A DNA stretch of 64,000 nucleotides from Candidatus Magasanikiibacteriota bacterium (GTDB taxonomy: Bacteria; Patescibacteriota; Patescibacteriia; Magasanikbacterales; UBA922), in assembly GCA_002716765.1 (NCBI GenBank), contig PBBY01000016.1:47322-111321 (forward strand), read 5' to 3'. The notes beneath the pieces are model-generated. The model worked only from the letters and a program-made list of their open reading frames with translations. It searched no databases and was not told the origin of the DNA. A program made the translations under genes and the position numbers. Shown here one piece after another: positions 53,826 through 64,000 of the stretch. How positions within the stretch are numbered: position 1 is the first letter of the stretch; each line of letters opens with the position of its first letter.

Positions 53826-54041
53826 CTATACAATAAAGAATGCCACGAACGCATAAATAGCTGTTGACTCAGCAAGAGCAACCCCAATAATCATCTTTGT
53901 AAATATACTTCCTTCCATTTTTGGATTTCTTCCTATTGCCTCAAGTGCTTTTCCAATAAGATACCCTTCACCAATACCGGACCCAAACATTGAGATTGTA
54001 CACAAACCCTTTGCAATAAGTTTTGCTGATTCTATTTCCAT
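53826..54041 (-). CDS. atpE: ATP synthase subunit c
   Basis: GSGIGEG, GRNP, AESTAIY. Confidence 0.96.
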   Translation of the reverse strand: MEIESAKLIAKGLCTISMFGSGIGEGYLIGKALEAIGRNPKMEGSIFTKMIIGVALAESTAIYAFVAFFIV

Positions 54042-54131
54042 ATATAAAATTACTAAATGCACAATAACTGTGCCTAAATTAATTACCATTTCAAAGGTGT
54101 TTTATATAAACACCCTTAATAAGATAATAAA

Positions 54132-54914
54132 CTACCCATCACTTGGTCTTACTGCTAAAGAGTAGTATGCCGCAGTAAGTGCACCAAAGACAAGTGCTTG
54201 TAAAATACCAACTAGCAAATTCATAGCAAGCCATGGAGCAGGAATAATTAACGCAAAAGACCCAAGAAGAATTGCTGCTAGCACATCTCCGGCAAACATA
54301 TTTCCAAATAGACGTAACGAAAGCGAAATTACTTTTGCTATTTCAGACACTATATCAAGTAAACCAATAAAAAAGTCTACAATCGCCAAACAGCCGGCAC
54401 CAAAACCCTCTCTAAACCCCAGAAACACTTCTTTAAATTTGAAGAACTTGCCCAGGTGCCCAAAAAATCCCCACGAAACAATACTTGCAATATTAGTAAA
54501 TATAATCATCGCAAGCGCAATACTAAATGTCATATTAAAATCATTTGTTGCAGTCCTAAACAATTGAACCCCATCAAACGTAACCGAAGAAATTCCAGGA
54601 ATAAGCCCAATAAGATTACCCATCCCTAAAAAAATAAACAATGTCCCGATAAGAGGCAAAAGCACTTGTGCGGCAGCACGAGAACCAACTACCGAAGTTA
54701 GAAGATCAAGAATTGCACCAACAAGCATTTCTATAGAAATCTGAAAACGACCCGCTCTTGTCTTTGTAAACCAAGACGCCCAGACAGCCATAAGAAAGAT
54801 GCAAAATAGAACTAAAACACCCATAAGCATGGCGTTTGTAAGCGGGATACCAAAAAATTCTACGACAGTTTCTGGTTGAACATTAGGTTGTGGTGTTGTA
54901 ACTTGAAAAAACAT
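54132..54914 (-). CDS. atpB: ATP synthase subunit a
   Basis: SLSLRLFGNMFAG, LQALVF. Confidence 0.96.
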   Translation of the reverse strand: MFFQVTTPQPNVQPETVVEFFGIPLTNAMLMGVLVLFCIFLMAVWASWFTKTRAGRFQISIEMLVGAILDLLTSVVGSRAAAQVLLPLIGTLFIFLGMGNLIGLIPGISSVTFDGVQLFRTATNDFNMTFSIALAMIIFTNIASIVSWGFFGHLGKFFKFKEVFLGFREGFGAGCLAIVDFFIGLLDIVSEIAKVISLSLRLFGNMFAGDVLAAILLGSFALIIPAPWLAMNLLVGILQALVFGALTAAYYSLAVRPSDG

Positions 54915-54923
54915 AAATAGTAT

Positions 54924-55199
54924 TTACTTATTCTCTCCTTTCTCTGATTCTTCCCTTTCTAAAGCAGCAAACTCTTTGTTAAGTTTTGTATATAGTCGAA
55001 TAACCCATACCCAAGAAAAAACAAAAGATACAAATAGACAGGCAAGCGTTCCATACGGTCGGATATTATACCGAAGATCAATAGCTTTTCCAGAAAAATA
55101 TGCAACAACAACTGGTATACCAAATATCAACAATATACGAAACATTAACATAAATGTTTTTTGTAGTAATATTTCTTTTTTACTACTTATATCAGACAT
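54924..55199 (-). CDS. AtpZ/AtpI-like membrane protein
   Basis: two TMs, GKAID motif, first gene of atp operon. Confidence 0.75.
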   Translation of the reverse strand: MSDISSKKEILLQKTFMLMFRILLIFGIPVVVAYFSGKAIDLRYNIRPYGTLACLFVSFVFSWVWVIRLYTKLNKEFAALEREESEKGENK

Positions 55200-55360
55200 A
55201 AAACTTGGATTAATTCACGAAAAGTATACCAACCAAAAACTGAACTGTCAATACACTCTTATTTTAATGAATTTCCCATAAGGAAGCAAATCGCCATAAA
55301 TTATCATAATACAGACATCAAATTCCTTTAGCAAAAACATAGAGGATATGACAAAACCCT

Positions 55361-55882
55361 TTATATCAGACCCAATTCTTTTATTTTATCAAGCGCAGTG
55401 CAGGTTATCCGCCGCTTACCAACTTGGTATATATTTTGAGCCAAACGGAGCGCTTGTTCATATGGTAACCACATACACTCATCAAAGTCTGTTTCTGCCA
55501 TAGTAAGGTTTTCTGTTGTTGCGTGCAGTACCATAAAGAAGTATGTTTTTCCTAACATAAAAACCTCCTTGCCACTATCTGTAAACAATGCCCGCGACCC
55601 TTGTTTACTTTCTGGAAACATCAGGGAATCTTTACCAACACAAACACCTCCCTCTTTTACCGTATCCATAAAACTATCTCCAAGCTCTTCAGTCATTTCT
55701 CTTTTTATAGCCTGTTGAATTGTTTCGTTATTATCTATCCCACCTTGTGGAAATTGCCACAAATTATATTGTTCCGAATAGACAAAAAGTACTTTTTTAT
55801 TATATATAAAACACCCAACCACTTGTGGGCGCATTCCTTCTTTTCTAATTTCATCTATTGCTAAAAGCGTTGGACTATTCAT
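55361..55882 (-). CDS. NUDIX hydrolase (RppH-like)
   Basis: RPQVVG, WQFPQGGID..E...AIKREMTEELG. Confidence 0.85.
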   Translation of the reverse strand: MNSPTLLAIDEIRKEGMRPQVVGCFIYNKKVLFVYSEQYNLWQFPQGGIDNNETIQQAIKREMTEELGDSFMDTVKEGGVCVGKDSLMFPESKQGSRALFTDSGKEVFMLGKTYFFMVLHATTENLTMAETDFDECMWLPYEQALRLAQNIYQVGKRRITCTALDKIKELGLI

Positions 55883-55890
55883 AGTTAGGT

Positions 55891-56736
55891 TTATATCATT
55901 AAACGTGTAAAAATTCTTTGTGCATTTTTTGTGGTAATGTCTGCCACCTCTTCAAAACTCATTCCTTTTATTTCTGCAATTGTTTTTGCCACCTCCTCTA
56001 CCATAAATGGCTCATTTCTTTTTCCCCTAAATGCTTGAGGCGCTAAATATGGCGCATCTGTTTCTATTAACATGCGATCAACTGGAATATTTTTTACAAC
56101 ATGAATTAATTCTTCTTGTGGTGTTGGGTTTGTTTTTTTCGCAGGAAACGAAATAATACCCGTAAAACCTAAACATAGATTATATTTCATGTATTCTTGG
56201 GCAAACTCCCAATTTCCTGTATAACAATGTACCGTTCCTGAAATTGGATAATCTATTTTTGATAAAATGTTGAGCAATTCCTTGTGCCCATCCCGACAAT
56301 GAATAACAACTGGCAAATCATGTTTGTGCGCAAAAGCAATATGATCTAAAAAAACATGAGTCTGCTTTTCTAAAACCTCTTCTTTTGAAACCTCTTTTGG
56401 TAAATGAAATAAATCAATCCCCGTCTCACCAATAGCTATTACTTTTTTTGATTGAACAAGTTGACTATAAAATGCACTATCAAAAGATTCTTCGCGAGAT
56501 AAAAAAGATGTTTCTTCTTCGTCAATATGTGTAGCATGTAAATGGACCGGATGTGTGCCGATGGTTGCATATACATTGGTATATGCTTCTGCCAAAGCAA
56601 CTGCTTTTTTACTGGTATTTTTTTGCGTACCAACAACATTTAATATAATATTCCGAGAGATCGCTCGATCAATCACTTCTGTAGCATCTGCTTTATATGC
56701 ATCAAATTGTACATGACAATGAGTGTCTACCAACAT
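55891..56736 (-). CDS. tatD: TatD family DNase
   Basis: DTHCH, IGETGID, HCR, HCYTG, ETDAPYL. Confidence 0.95.
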   Translation of the reverse strand: MLVDTHCHVQFDAYKADATEVIDRAISRNIILNVVGTQKNTSKKAVALAEAYTNVYATIGTHPVHLHATHIDEEETSFLSREESFDSAFYSQLVQSKKVIAIGETGIDLFHLPKEVSKEEVLEKQTHVFLDHIAFAHKHDLPVVIHCRDGHKELLNILSKIDYPISGTVHCYTGNWEFAQEYMKYNLCLGFTGIISFPAKKTNPTPQEELIHVVKNIPVDRMLIETDAPYLAPQAFRGKRNEPFMVEEVAKTIAEIKGMSFEEVADITTKNAQRIFTRLMI

Positions 56737-56739
56737 ATA

Positions 56740-57276
56740 TTAAGAGACTATTCGTTCTACAAAATCGATAGTAGTTTCAAGCACACGCATGGCCTCTGGT
56801 GCAAATGGAAGTAACATATCGATTGTACCAAGTGCATATGGCGCGACAATTGATTCTGCCACCTTCGCTATAATGGTGTCTGAAAAGGGATACTTTACAA
56901 TTAAGTAGACTAAAAATCCCACTGTTATAATTCCTTCAGCAGCACCAAACACAGCACCAGCTAGACGGTTAAATGCCGCGATAAATGGGAGTTTGGCAAC
57001 AACATTAAGCACTTTTCCAATAAACCAAAAAACAATACCAACTAAACGATTTATAATAATAAACGCAACAATAAACATGACGATTCTGGCGGTATTACCA
57101 CTCCACCCAACATAATTCATAAGCCACCCAGCCATTACTTCATAATACCTACTAGCCAAATATACCCCAAGAATGGTTCCAAAAAGCGATCCAAGTGCCT
57201 GAATAAACCCAACCCAAAGACCAAATAGTGCAAAGGCAGCAATAGCTACCAAAAGAAGAATGTCAAAAAACCCCAT
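56740..57276 (-). CDS. CvpA family membrane protein
   Basis: FDIL..GLWVGFI, NRLAGAVFG. Confidence 0.85.
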   Translation of the reverse strand: MGFFDILLLVAIAAFALFGLWVGFIQALGSLFGTILGVYLASRYYEVMAGWLMNYVGWSGNTARIVMFIVAFIIINRLVGIVFWFIGKVLNVVAKLPFIAAFNRLAGAVFGAAEGIITVGFLVYLIVKYPFSDTIIAKVAESIVAPYALGTIDMLLPFAPEAMRVLETTIDFVERIVS

Positions 57277-57306
57277 AAGCTAATAAATAAATAAGTAAGA
57301 AAGTAA

Positions 57307-58806
57307 TTATACTTTGTTAAATAAATTTTCTCCTTTTACTACCACTCGCCCTTCTTGAAACCCTCCCCACTGTACCATATCGGTAAACTGAGTAGAATTA
57401 TCTAAAACACCACCCAGCTTTTGAGATAATTTTTCTGCTGCTTCTGGAATAATAGGTGTAATAGCAATAGTAATATGCCGTAAACACTCAACAAGTCTGT
57501 AAAGTAACTGATCAATATTTTGCTTTTCTTTTACTTTTTTCCATGGCTCTTCTGCAGATATAGTAGTATCGCACGCATGAACCAGTTTACAAATTATTTC
57601 TATTACTTTATGGAAATCGAATGATGTCATTGCTAATTGATACTCTTGCCAGAATTTTTCAGTTGCGAAAATATCTTCGGCAAACTTTGGTACTTTTCCA
57701 TTGGCGTATTTTTCTATCATCGTCAATATTCTAGACGTCAAGTTTCCGATTCCGTTTACCAAATGAGCGGTATAATACTCTTCACATTTTTGTGACGTGT
57801 AATCTCCATCATCAAAACTTGGTAATGCGCCCAATAAATAAAAACGTAATGCATCTGATCCGTATTTACCAACCTCTTCAACAGGGTCTATCACATTACC
57901 AATACTTTTACTCATTTTTTTATCATCCGACGTAATAAATCCATGAATATATATTTGTTTTGAGTGTGGTATTCCGGCAGAACACAGCATGGCTTGCCAC
58001 ATCGCAGATTGCTGTCGTAAATTATCTTTTCCGGCAACTTGTGTTCCTGGCCAATAGAGTTGAAAACCCCCCTCTTCTTTTGGCCAGTCAATCGTTGAGA
58101 TATAGTTTACCAACGCATCAAACCACACATACATAACATGTGCCTCATCTCCTGGAACAGGAACACCCCATGGCATTTTTTCTTTTATACGAGAAATGCT
58201 AAAATCTTGCAACCCGCCAGCTACAAAATTACGAATTTCTAATAGTCGATTTTTTGGTATAACAAATTCTGGATTATTATCGTATAAGTCTAATAATACT
58301 TGCTCATAGCGTGAAAATCGGAAAAAATAGTTTTCTTCATTAATATGTTCTATGGTGTATGTTGGGTGAATAGGGCACTTACCTTCAACAATTTCTGAAT
58401 CTGTTTTTTCTAATTCGCACCCAACACAATACTTTACTGTGTAGTTCTTTTTATATATATCGCCATTTTTTTCACATCGTCGCCAAAACTCCTGTGCAGC
58501 CTGAATATGTTTTTTGTCCGTGGTTCGAATAAAATGTGTATACGACAAATTTAGTGTAGACTTTAGTGCATCAAATTGCTTAGCAAATCCATCGCAATAT
58601 GTTTGTGGGTTCATTCCAGACTCAATGGATTTTCGGTAAATTTTTACCCCATGCTCATCTACTCCTGTATTAAACACAATGTCTTTTCCTAAAAGATGGT
58701 GAAACCGCGCCAACACATCTGCTTGAACAAATTCTAGCGCATGACCTAAATGCGGTTTTGCATTTACGTAAGGAAGTGTTGTAGTTATGTAATATGTCTC
58801 TTTCAT
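57307..58806 (-). CDS. metG: methionine--tRNA ligase (short form)
   Basis: YITTTLPYVNAKPHLGH, DEHG, YVWFDAL, KMSKS. Confidence 0.96.
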   Translation of the reverse strand: MKETYYITTTLPYVNAKPHLGHALEFVQADVLARFHHLLGKDIVFNTGVDEHGVKIYRKSIESGMNPQTYCDGFAKQFDALKSTLNLSYTHFIRTTDKKHIQAAQEFWRRCEKNGDIYKKNYTVKYCVGCELEKTDSEIVEGKCPIHPTYTIEHINEENYFFRFSRYEQVLLDLYDNNPEFVIPKNRLLEIRNFVAGGLQDFSISRIKEKMPWGVPVPGDEAHVMYVWFDALVNYISTIDWPKEEGGFQLYWPGTQVAGKDNLRQQSAMWQAMLCSAGIPHSKQIYIHGFITSDDKKMSKSIGNVIDPVEEVGKYGSDALRFYLLGALPSFDDGDYTSQKCEEYYTAHLVNGIGNLTSRILTMIEKYANGKVPKFAEDIFATEKFWQEYQLAMTSFDFHKVIEIICKLVHACDTTISAEEPWKKVKEKQNIDQLLYRLVECLRHITIAITPIIPEAAEKLSQKLGGVLDNSTQFTDMVQWGGFQEGRVVVKGENLFNKV

Positions 58807-58944
58807 ACCTATAATTAATACCTTATCAATTATACCTATGATAGCACTTTCCTTAACTGCTGTCCACGAAAACACAAAAGTGGTGGCAATTCATAAAAAT
58901 ATTTGATATACTATATACAATTACCTATTTTTTATAGTAATAAA

Positions 58945-59520
58945 ATGGAACCTAAAAAAACAACACAACAGGAAGCTGAGGTACGACAACCAGAGGAATA
59001 TTTACCCAAGACAATACAACCAGAATATACCCGACCCACCCAACCAAAAGAGTTAGAAAAACCACCAATACCGCCGGAATTACCAAAAGAAGAAAAGGTA
59101 TATCAAGAATCAAAAGAAGTACCAAAAACAGCACAAGTCCCAGAAGCACCGCCAAAAAAGACAGAAGAAGGTATAGACAGATTAACAAAACTATTAAAAA
59201 GAAAGAAGCCTAAAAAAACACACATTCCACAAGTGCGAAACGACTTAACGGTGCAAATCGAAAAAATCTTAGAAGAAGGTCTAAAAGATGCCTACCAAGA
59301 GTTAACCATTACCCAAAAACAAGAATTTAAAATAAAAGGCGAAGAAATTACCTACGAAATCCAACAACTCGTAGGAGAAAACCGTGTAAAAGTAAAAAAA
59401 ATATTTACCCTTATTTTAGAGTGGCTTAAACTGCTTCCAGGAGTGAACAAATTCTTTTTAGAACAGGAAGCTAAAATTAAAGCCGATAAAATCATTTCTG
59501 TAAATAACAGATCTTCATAA
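58945..59520 (+). CDS. hypothetical protein, Pro/Glu-rich N-terminus
   Basis: C-terminal WLKLLPGVNKFFLEQEAKIK; stop abuts next ATG. Confidence 0.75.
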   Translation: MEPKKTTQQEAEVRQPEEYLPKTIQPEYTRPTQPKELEKPPIPPELPKEEKVYQESKEVPKTAQVPEAPPKKTEEGIDRLTKLLKRKKPKKTHIPQVRNDLTVQIEKILEEGLKDAYQELTITQKQEFKIKGEEITYEIQQLVGENRVKVKKIFTLILEWLKLLPGVNKFFLEQEAKIKADKIISVNNRSS

Positions 59521-59521
59521 T

Positions 59522-62095
59522 ATGCCACTTTTTTTGTTGCAATTTTTTGCTCCACAAGCACAACAACCACGAATTACGACACAACTGGGTGATGTGTTTG
59601 ATTTTTTTTGGATAGGAATATTTATTGCCACACTACTCGCTATTATATCTATAGCCTATATTTTAAGAAAAGTATTACATGCAAAATCAAAATCAGTTAA
59701 CGCATTCGACAGAAAGGTAGTCCAGATCTCCGTACCAAAAGAAAGAAAATCAGAAGGGCAAGGTGGTCAGGCTGGCCAAGAAGACAGACTCGAACAAATA
59801 AAGGAAGAAATTGGTATTACCGAAACCTTTTTTTCTACGATTGCAGGGTTACGTGCAAAAAAAGGCATAAAAAGATGGTTTTTTGGCAGAGAGGATCTAT
59901 TTTCTTTTGAAATGGTTATGCGAGATAGTTTGATTTATTTTTATATTGATGCAAGAAAAGAGCATATAGCACTTATAGAGCAACAAATTCACGCACAATT
60001 TCCATACGCACAAATTGATGAAATGGTGGATTATAATATTTTCAATGAAAAGAGTACTATTGTTGGCGCCCATGTCTATGGCGCAAAAAAGCATGTGTTC
60101 CCACTAAAGACATACAAAACAATGGACTCAGATCCACTTTCTGGATTACTCAATGTGTTGGCAAAGATCCGAGAACAAAATAGCTCTGCCGCGATTCAAT
60201 ATGTGGTGCGTAGCGCAAAGAAAAAATGGCGTCGTGAAGCAATTCGTATTGTTCGAGAAGTGAAAAAAGGGCAAAAGTTTGAACAAGTTGCCATTGAATC
60301 AGGGTTTTCACGTAGCATACGAAAAACAACCGAATTTGTTGGAAGCATGTTTTCTAAAAAAACAGAGCAAGAAAGTCATTATCAACTTTCTGCAATGGAA
60401 GAAGAGATGCTTAAAGGAATCGAAGAAAAAATAAGTAAAGGTGGATTAGACGTTACCATCCGATTATTAAGTATTTCAGATAATGAAGCAATAGCAAAAT
60501 CAAACCTTGATAACCTTATAAATGCCTACAGTCAATACAATTTATACCGTTTTGGTAATGTATTTAAAGCTGCGATCCCAAGAAATCAAAAACAGCTTAT
60601 CCGTGACTTCATATTTCGCTCTTTTCACGAAACAAAACACATTGTCTGTAATACCGAAGAAATGTCATCACTATGGCATTTACCAATCCATTCTACAGAA
60701 GCACCAAATATTGCATGGCTAAAAGGAAGAAGTGCTCCACCACCAACAAATTTACCAAAAGAAGGATTATCGCTTGGCTTTGTTGACTATCGCGGTATTC
60801 GTAATGAAATTAAATTAAAACAAAAAGATAGGCAAAGACATCTATATATCATAGGAAAATCAGGAAGTGGAAAATCGGTTACCATTGCAAATCTTGCTAT
60901 TCAAGATGTGCAAAATGGACATGGTGTGTGCATTGTTGACCCACATGGAGATTTGGTTGAAGCAGTTTTAGAACATGTACCAAAACACCGCGCTGATGAT
61001 GTAATTATTTTTGACCCATCCGACACCGAAAGACCAATTGGACTAAACATGCTTGAAGCAAAAACAAAAGATGAAATGGATTTTGCGGTACAAGAAATGA
61101 TTGGTATTTTTTATAAACTTTTTCCACCAGAAATGATTGGGCCAATGTTTGAACACACCATGAGAAATGTTATGCTTACGTTAATGGCAAACCATGAAAA
61201 CCCTGGAACTGTTATAGACATACCAAGAATGTTAGTTGATGATGACTATGTAAAACGGTACCTAGATAAAGTAACCGATCCAGTGGTAAGAACATATTGG
61301 GAAAAAGAAATGGCGCAAACCACACAACACACCAAATCAGAGATGCTTGGTTATCTTATTTCAAAAATTGGACGGTTTGTTGGAAATGAAATGATGAGAA
61401 ATATCATGGGACAACAAAAGTCTGGGTTCAACTTTAGAGACATAATGGATAATCAAAAAATATTATTAGTTAATTTAGCAAAAGGAAAAACTGGAGAAGT
61501 AAATTCCAAACTTCTTGGTTTAATTGTTGTAGCAAAACTCCAAATGGCCGCAATGGGAAGAGCCGACATGGCTGAAGACCAGCGAAAGGATTTCTTTCTG
61601 TATATTGATGAGTTTCAAAACTTTATTACTGATTCTATTGCCACCATACTTTCAGAAGCCCGTAAATATAGATTAGATCTTATTGTTGCCCACCAATACA
61701 TGGGGCAGTTAGTAGACGACAAAGGAAAGCCAGAAATTCGAGAAGCTGTTCTTGGAAATGTAGGAAGTATGATGGTTGGTCGTATTGGCCCAGAAGATTC
61801 AGAAATACTTGCAAAAGAATATGCTCCGGTTTTTGGTTCCTATGATTTACTTAATGCACCACAGTTTTCATTCTACACAAAAGTACTCATAGACAATCAG
61901 GCAAGCAAGCCGTTCTTAATGGGCGCCTACCCCCCAGTTGAAGGAAACAGAGAACTTGGTAACACAATCAAGCAGTTGTCACGCCTAAAGTTTGGTCGAG
62001 ACAAAAGAATCGTTGAAGAAGAAATTCTAGAAAGAACCAAACTAGATAACCCTGGTGCACAAAGTAGCTCAGATTTAGCAGATATGACCTTGTAA
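59522..62095 (+). CDS. VirD4/TraG/HerA-like P-loop ATPase
   Basis: RHLYIIGKSGSGKS, VDPHGD, YIDEFQN, EARKY, AHQY; N-terminal TM. Confidence 0.88.
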   Translation: MPLFLLQFFAPQAQQPRITTQLGDVFDFFWIGIFIATLLAIISIAYILRKVLHAKSKSVNAFDRKVVQISVPKERKSEGQGGQAGQEDRLEQIKEEIGITETFFSTIAGLRAKKGIKRWFFGREDLFSFEMVMRDSLIYFYIDARKEHIALIEQQIHAQFPYAQIDEMVDYNIFNEKSTIVGAHVYGAKKHVFPLKTYKTMDSDPLSGLLNVLAKIREQNSSAAIQYVVRSAKKKWRREAIRIVREVKKGQKFEQVAIESGFSRSIRKTTEFVGSMFSKKTEQESHYQLSAMEEEMLKGIEEKISKGGLDVTIRLLSISDNEAIAKSNLDNLINAYSQYNLYRFGNVFKAAIPRNQKQLIRDFIFRSFHETKHIVCNTEEMSSLWHLPIHSTEAPNIAWLKGRSAPPPTNLPKEGLSLGFVDYRGIRNEIKLKQKDRQRHLYIIGKSGSGKSVTIANLAIQDVQNGHGVCIVDPHGDLVEAVLEHVPKHRADDVIIFDPSDTERPIGLNMLEAKTKDEMDFAVQEMIGIFYKLFPPEMIGPMFEHTMRNVMLTLMANHENPGTVIDIPRMLVDDDYVKRYLDKVTDPVVRTYWEKEMAQTTQHTKSEMLGYLISKIGRFVGNEMMRNIMGQQKSGFNFRDIMDNQKILLVNLAKGKTGEVNSKLLGLIVVAKLQMAAMGRADMAEDQRKDFFLYIDEFQNFITDSIATILSEARKYRLDLIVAHQYMGQLVDDKGKPEIREAVLGNVGSMMVGRIGPEDSEILAKEYAPVFGSYDLLNAPQFSFYTKVLIDNQASKPFLMGAYPPVEGNRELGNTIKQLSRLKFGRDKRIVEEEILERTKLDNPGAQSSSDLADMTL

Positions 62096-62145
62096 TAAAT
62101 AACCTAAACGTCTAACAAGTTCATATTCACGAAAGACTAGTACTA

Positions 62146-62177
62146 TAAAAAAACACCCGCCTCAAGCGGATGTTTTT
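62146..62177. terminator. bidirectional terminator
   Basis: AAAAACACCCGC-ctcaa-GCGGATGTTTTT. Confidence 0.75.
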
Positions 62178-62183
62178 GTTTGA

Positions 62184-62450
62184 CTATGCGTCTGGATTTG
62201 TAAGATGTCCTGAAACAAGTTTTGTCATTTCGAACATATTTACTTCGTCTTTTCCAAATATTGGTCGAAGGTTGTCATCTGCAAATATGTTTCTTTTGTT
62301 TTCTGGGTTTTGCAAGTTATTTTTCTTGATATACTCCCACATTTTTTTTACAACTTCTGTTCTTGGTAGCGGTCCTTTTCCTACCACTGCTTCTAGTTCA
62401 GCAGAAAGGTTTAATGGTCTTGCCAAAGCGGGATTGAGTTTTCTTGCCAT
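62184..62450 (-). CDS. SWIB/MDM2 domain protein
   Basis: LSAELEAVVG..PRTEVVKKMWEYIKKNNLQNPENKRNI. Confidence 0.92.
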   Translation of the reverse strand: MARKLNPALARPLNLSAELEAVVGKGPLPRTEVVKKMWEYIKKNNLQNPENKRNIFADDNLRPIFGKDEVNMFEMTKLVSGHLTNPDA

Positions 62451-62610
62451 ACATTTTTATATTTAAAAATAAAATGAATTAATAGTAATTTTATATCCAA
62501 GAGTATAGCATATTACCATATATTGCGCAAGTCGGTGTGCATACACACTCATTTACCTAAATACAAATATACTATATACTACGGATAAATTAACATATCT
62601 ATCAATCCGT

Positions 62611-64000
62611 ATGGCATTATACCACAAGCACAGACCACAGTCATTTTCTTCTATTATCGGACAAGACCATATTATTCAAACGATTACAAACCAGATTATT
62701 ACGCAGGCTACAGCCCATGCCTATCTTTTCTCTGGTCCAAGAGGTGTAGGAAAAACAACCACTGCCAGATTACTCGCAAAAGCCATAAATTGTCCTAGAA
62801 TTGCACCCGACAGTGCAGAGCCGGACAACGAATCCCCAGAGGCAAAAGAAATCACACAAGGTCGCTCAATAGATGTGATAGAAATAGATGCCGCGAGTCA
62901 CACTGGCGTAGACAATGTTCGAGAAAATATTATTGAAAATGCACAATTTAAACCAACAACACTAGCATATAAAGTCTTTATTATAGACGAAGTACACATG
63001 CTTTCTACAAGTGCGTTTAATGCACTACTTAAAACACTCGAAGAACCACCAAGTCATATTGTGTTTATTCTTGCCACAACAGAATTACACAAAATTCCAG
63101 ATACGATTATTTCTCGTTGTCAGCGATTTTCTTTTTCTCATATATCGCAAGATGCTATGAAAAAATATCTTAAATCTGTTGCAAAAGAAGAAGGTATTAC
63201 CATTGATGAAACCGTATTAGGTCATATTATTGCAAAAAGTGATGGCTGTGTAAGAGATGCAATAAATACCCTTGAGCAGGCCATGGCTACCGGCGAAAAA
63301 CATATTACCGCTGAATCCACATCTTTTCTGTTACCAGAATCCACATCATCCCAATCAGCGGAATTTATTTCTGCAATCAGTGAAAACAGCATACAAAACG
63401 CACTTACCATATTACAAAACATATATTCTTCTGGAATAAACCTTACACACTTTACTGATGAAGTTATTAGACAATTACGCAACGTCCTTATTTCTCATTT
63501 AGGAAAAACAGGGAATACAGGAGCCATCACACAAAATAACAACCAGGATTTTACCACACTCTTGCAAAAAAATAGCATGGAAATTATTGGCATAATAGAT
63601 ATACTTATAAAAAGAAAAAACCAAATAAAAGCAAGTCCCCTGCCACAACTCCCACTGGAAATTGCCGTATTTGAGATATGTGCAAACAACACACAAGCTA
63701 CCAAAGAAAGTGCTTCTTTCACCCCAACCCAAACTAAAAAAGAAGCTAAAAGAAAAGAAACCCTAAAACCTGTCCAAGAAAGTACTGTGGATGAGCACGA
63801 GAAATCAGAAGAAATACACCATGAACATACTACTAAATCTACTAACACTGAAATAATATCCCATGATGAGGTGTTAAAAAAATGGCAATCTGTAATTGAG
63901 AGTCTCACATCACTCTCCCCTTCACTTGTTTCCTTATTACGAACTGCCGAGCTTATTAAGACCGAACAAAATGTTATTACAATTTCTGTTGAATTCCCAT
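62611..64000 (+). CDS. dnaX: DNA polymerase III gamma/tau (truncated by window end)
   Basis: MALYHKHRPQ, GPRGVGKTT, IIDEVHML, TLEEPP, SRC. Confidence 0.96.
   Translation, partial: MALYHKHRPQSFSSIIGQDHIIQTITNQIITQATAHAYLFSGPRGVGKTTTARLLAKAINCPRIAPDSAEPDNESPEAKEITQGRSIDVIEIDAASHTGVDNVRENIIENAQFKPTTLAYKVFIIDEVHMLSTSAFNALLKTLEEPPSHIVFILATTELHKIPDTIISRCQRFSFSHISQDAMKKYLKSVAKEEGITIDETVLGHIIAKSDGCVRDAINTLEQAMATGEKHITAESTSFLLPESTSSQSAEFISAISENSIQNALTILQNIYSSGINLTHFTDEVIRQLRNVLISHLGKTGNTGAITQNNNQDFTTLLQKNSMEIIGIIDILIKRKNQIKASPLPQLPLEIAVFEICANNTQATKESASFTPTQTKKEAKRKETLKPVQESTVDEHEKSEEIHHEHTTKSTNTEIISHDEVLKKWQSVIESLTSLSPSLVSLLRTAELIKTEQNVITISVEFP

Noticed and set aside
59522-62095. Conjugative element or ICE
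   Set aside because: No relaxase, integrase, att sites or mating-pair genes; housekeeping context

Overview
AT-rich bacterial chromosome segment in standard code 11. It is most consistent with a Patescibacteria/CPR (Parcubacteria-like) genome; this is inferred from gene content and from core genes lacking Shine-Dalgarno (SD) sites. It is mostly housekeeping: pyrG, rplI, era, cysS, leuS, metG, infB, lepA, uvrA/uvrB, recJ, RNase HI, murA/murJ, a full F-type ATP synthase operon, three terminal riboflavin genes, a VirD4-like ATPase and partial dnaX. No rRNA, tRNA, CRISPR array, transposase or integrase was recognised. Two accessory patches stand out. (1) At about 39.5-43 kb, imperfect inverted repeats bracket a cluster of self-contained mini transcription units (sigma70 promoter, structured leader, SD, very short ORF, usually a terminator). 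Three encode 23-27 aa hydrophobic peptides, and two of the leaders share a hairpin with compensatory changes, reminiscent of type I toxin loci. (2) At 22.3-23.45 kb, two unrelated membrane ORFs sit in near-identical promoter/terminator frames. All calls come from reading the sequence by eye; no database search or folding program was run.
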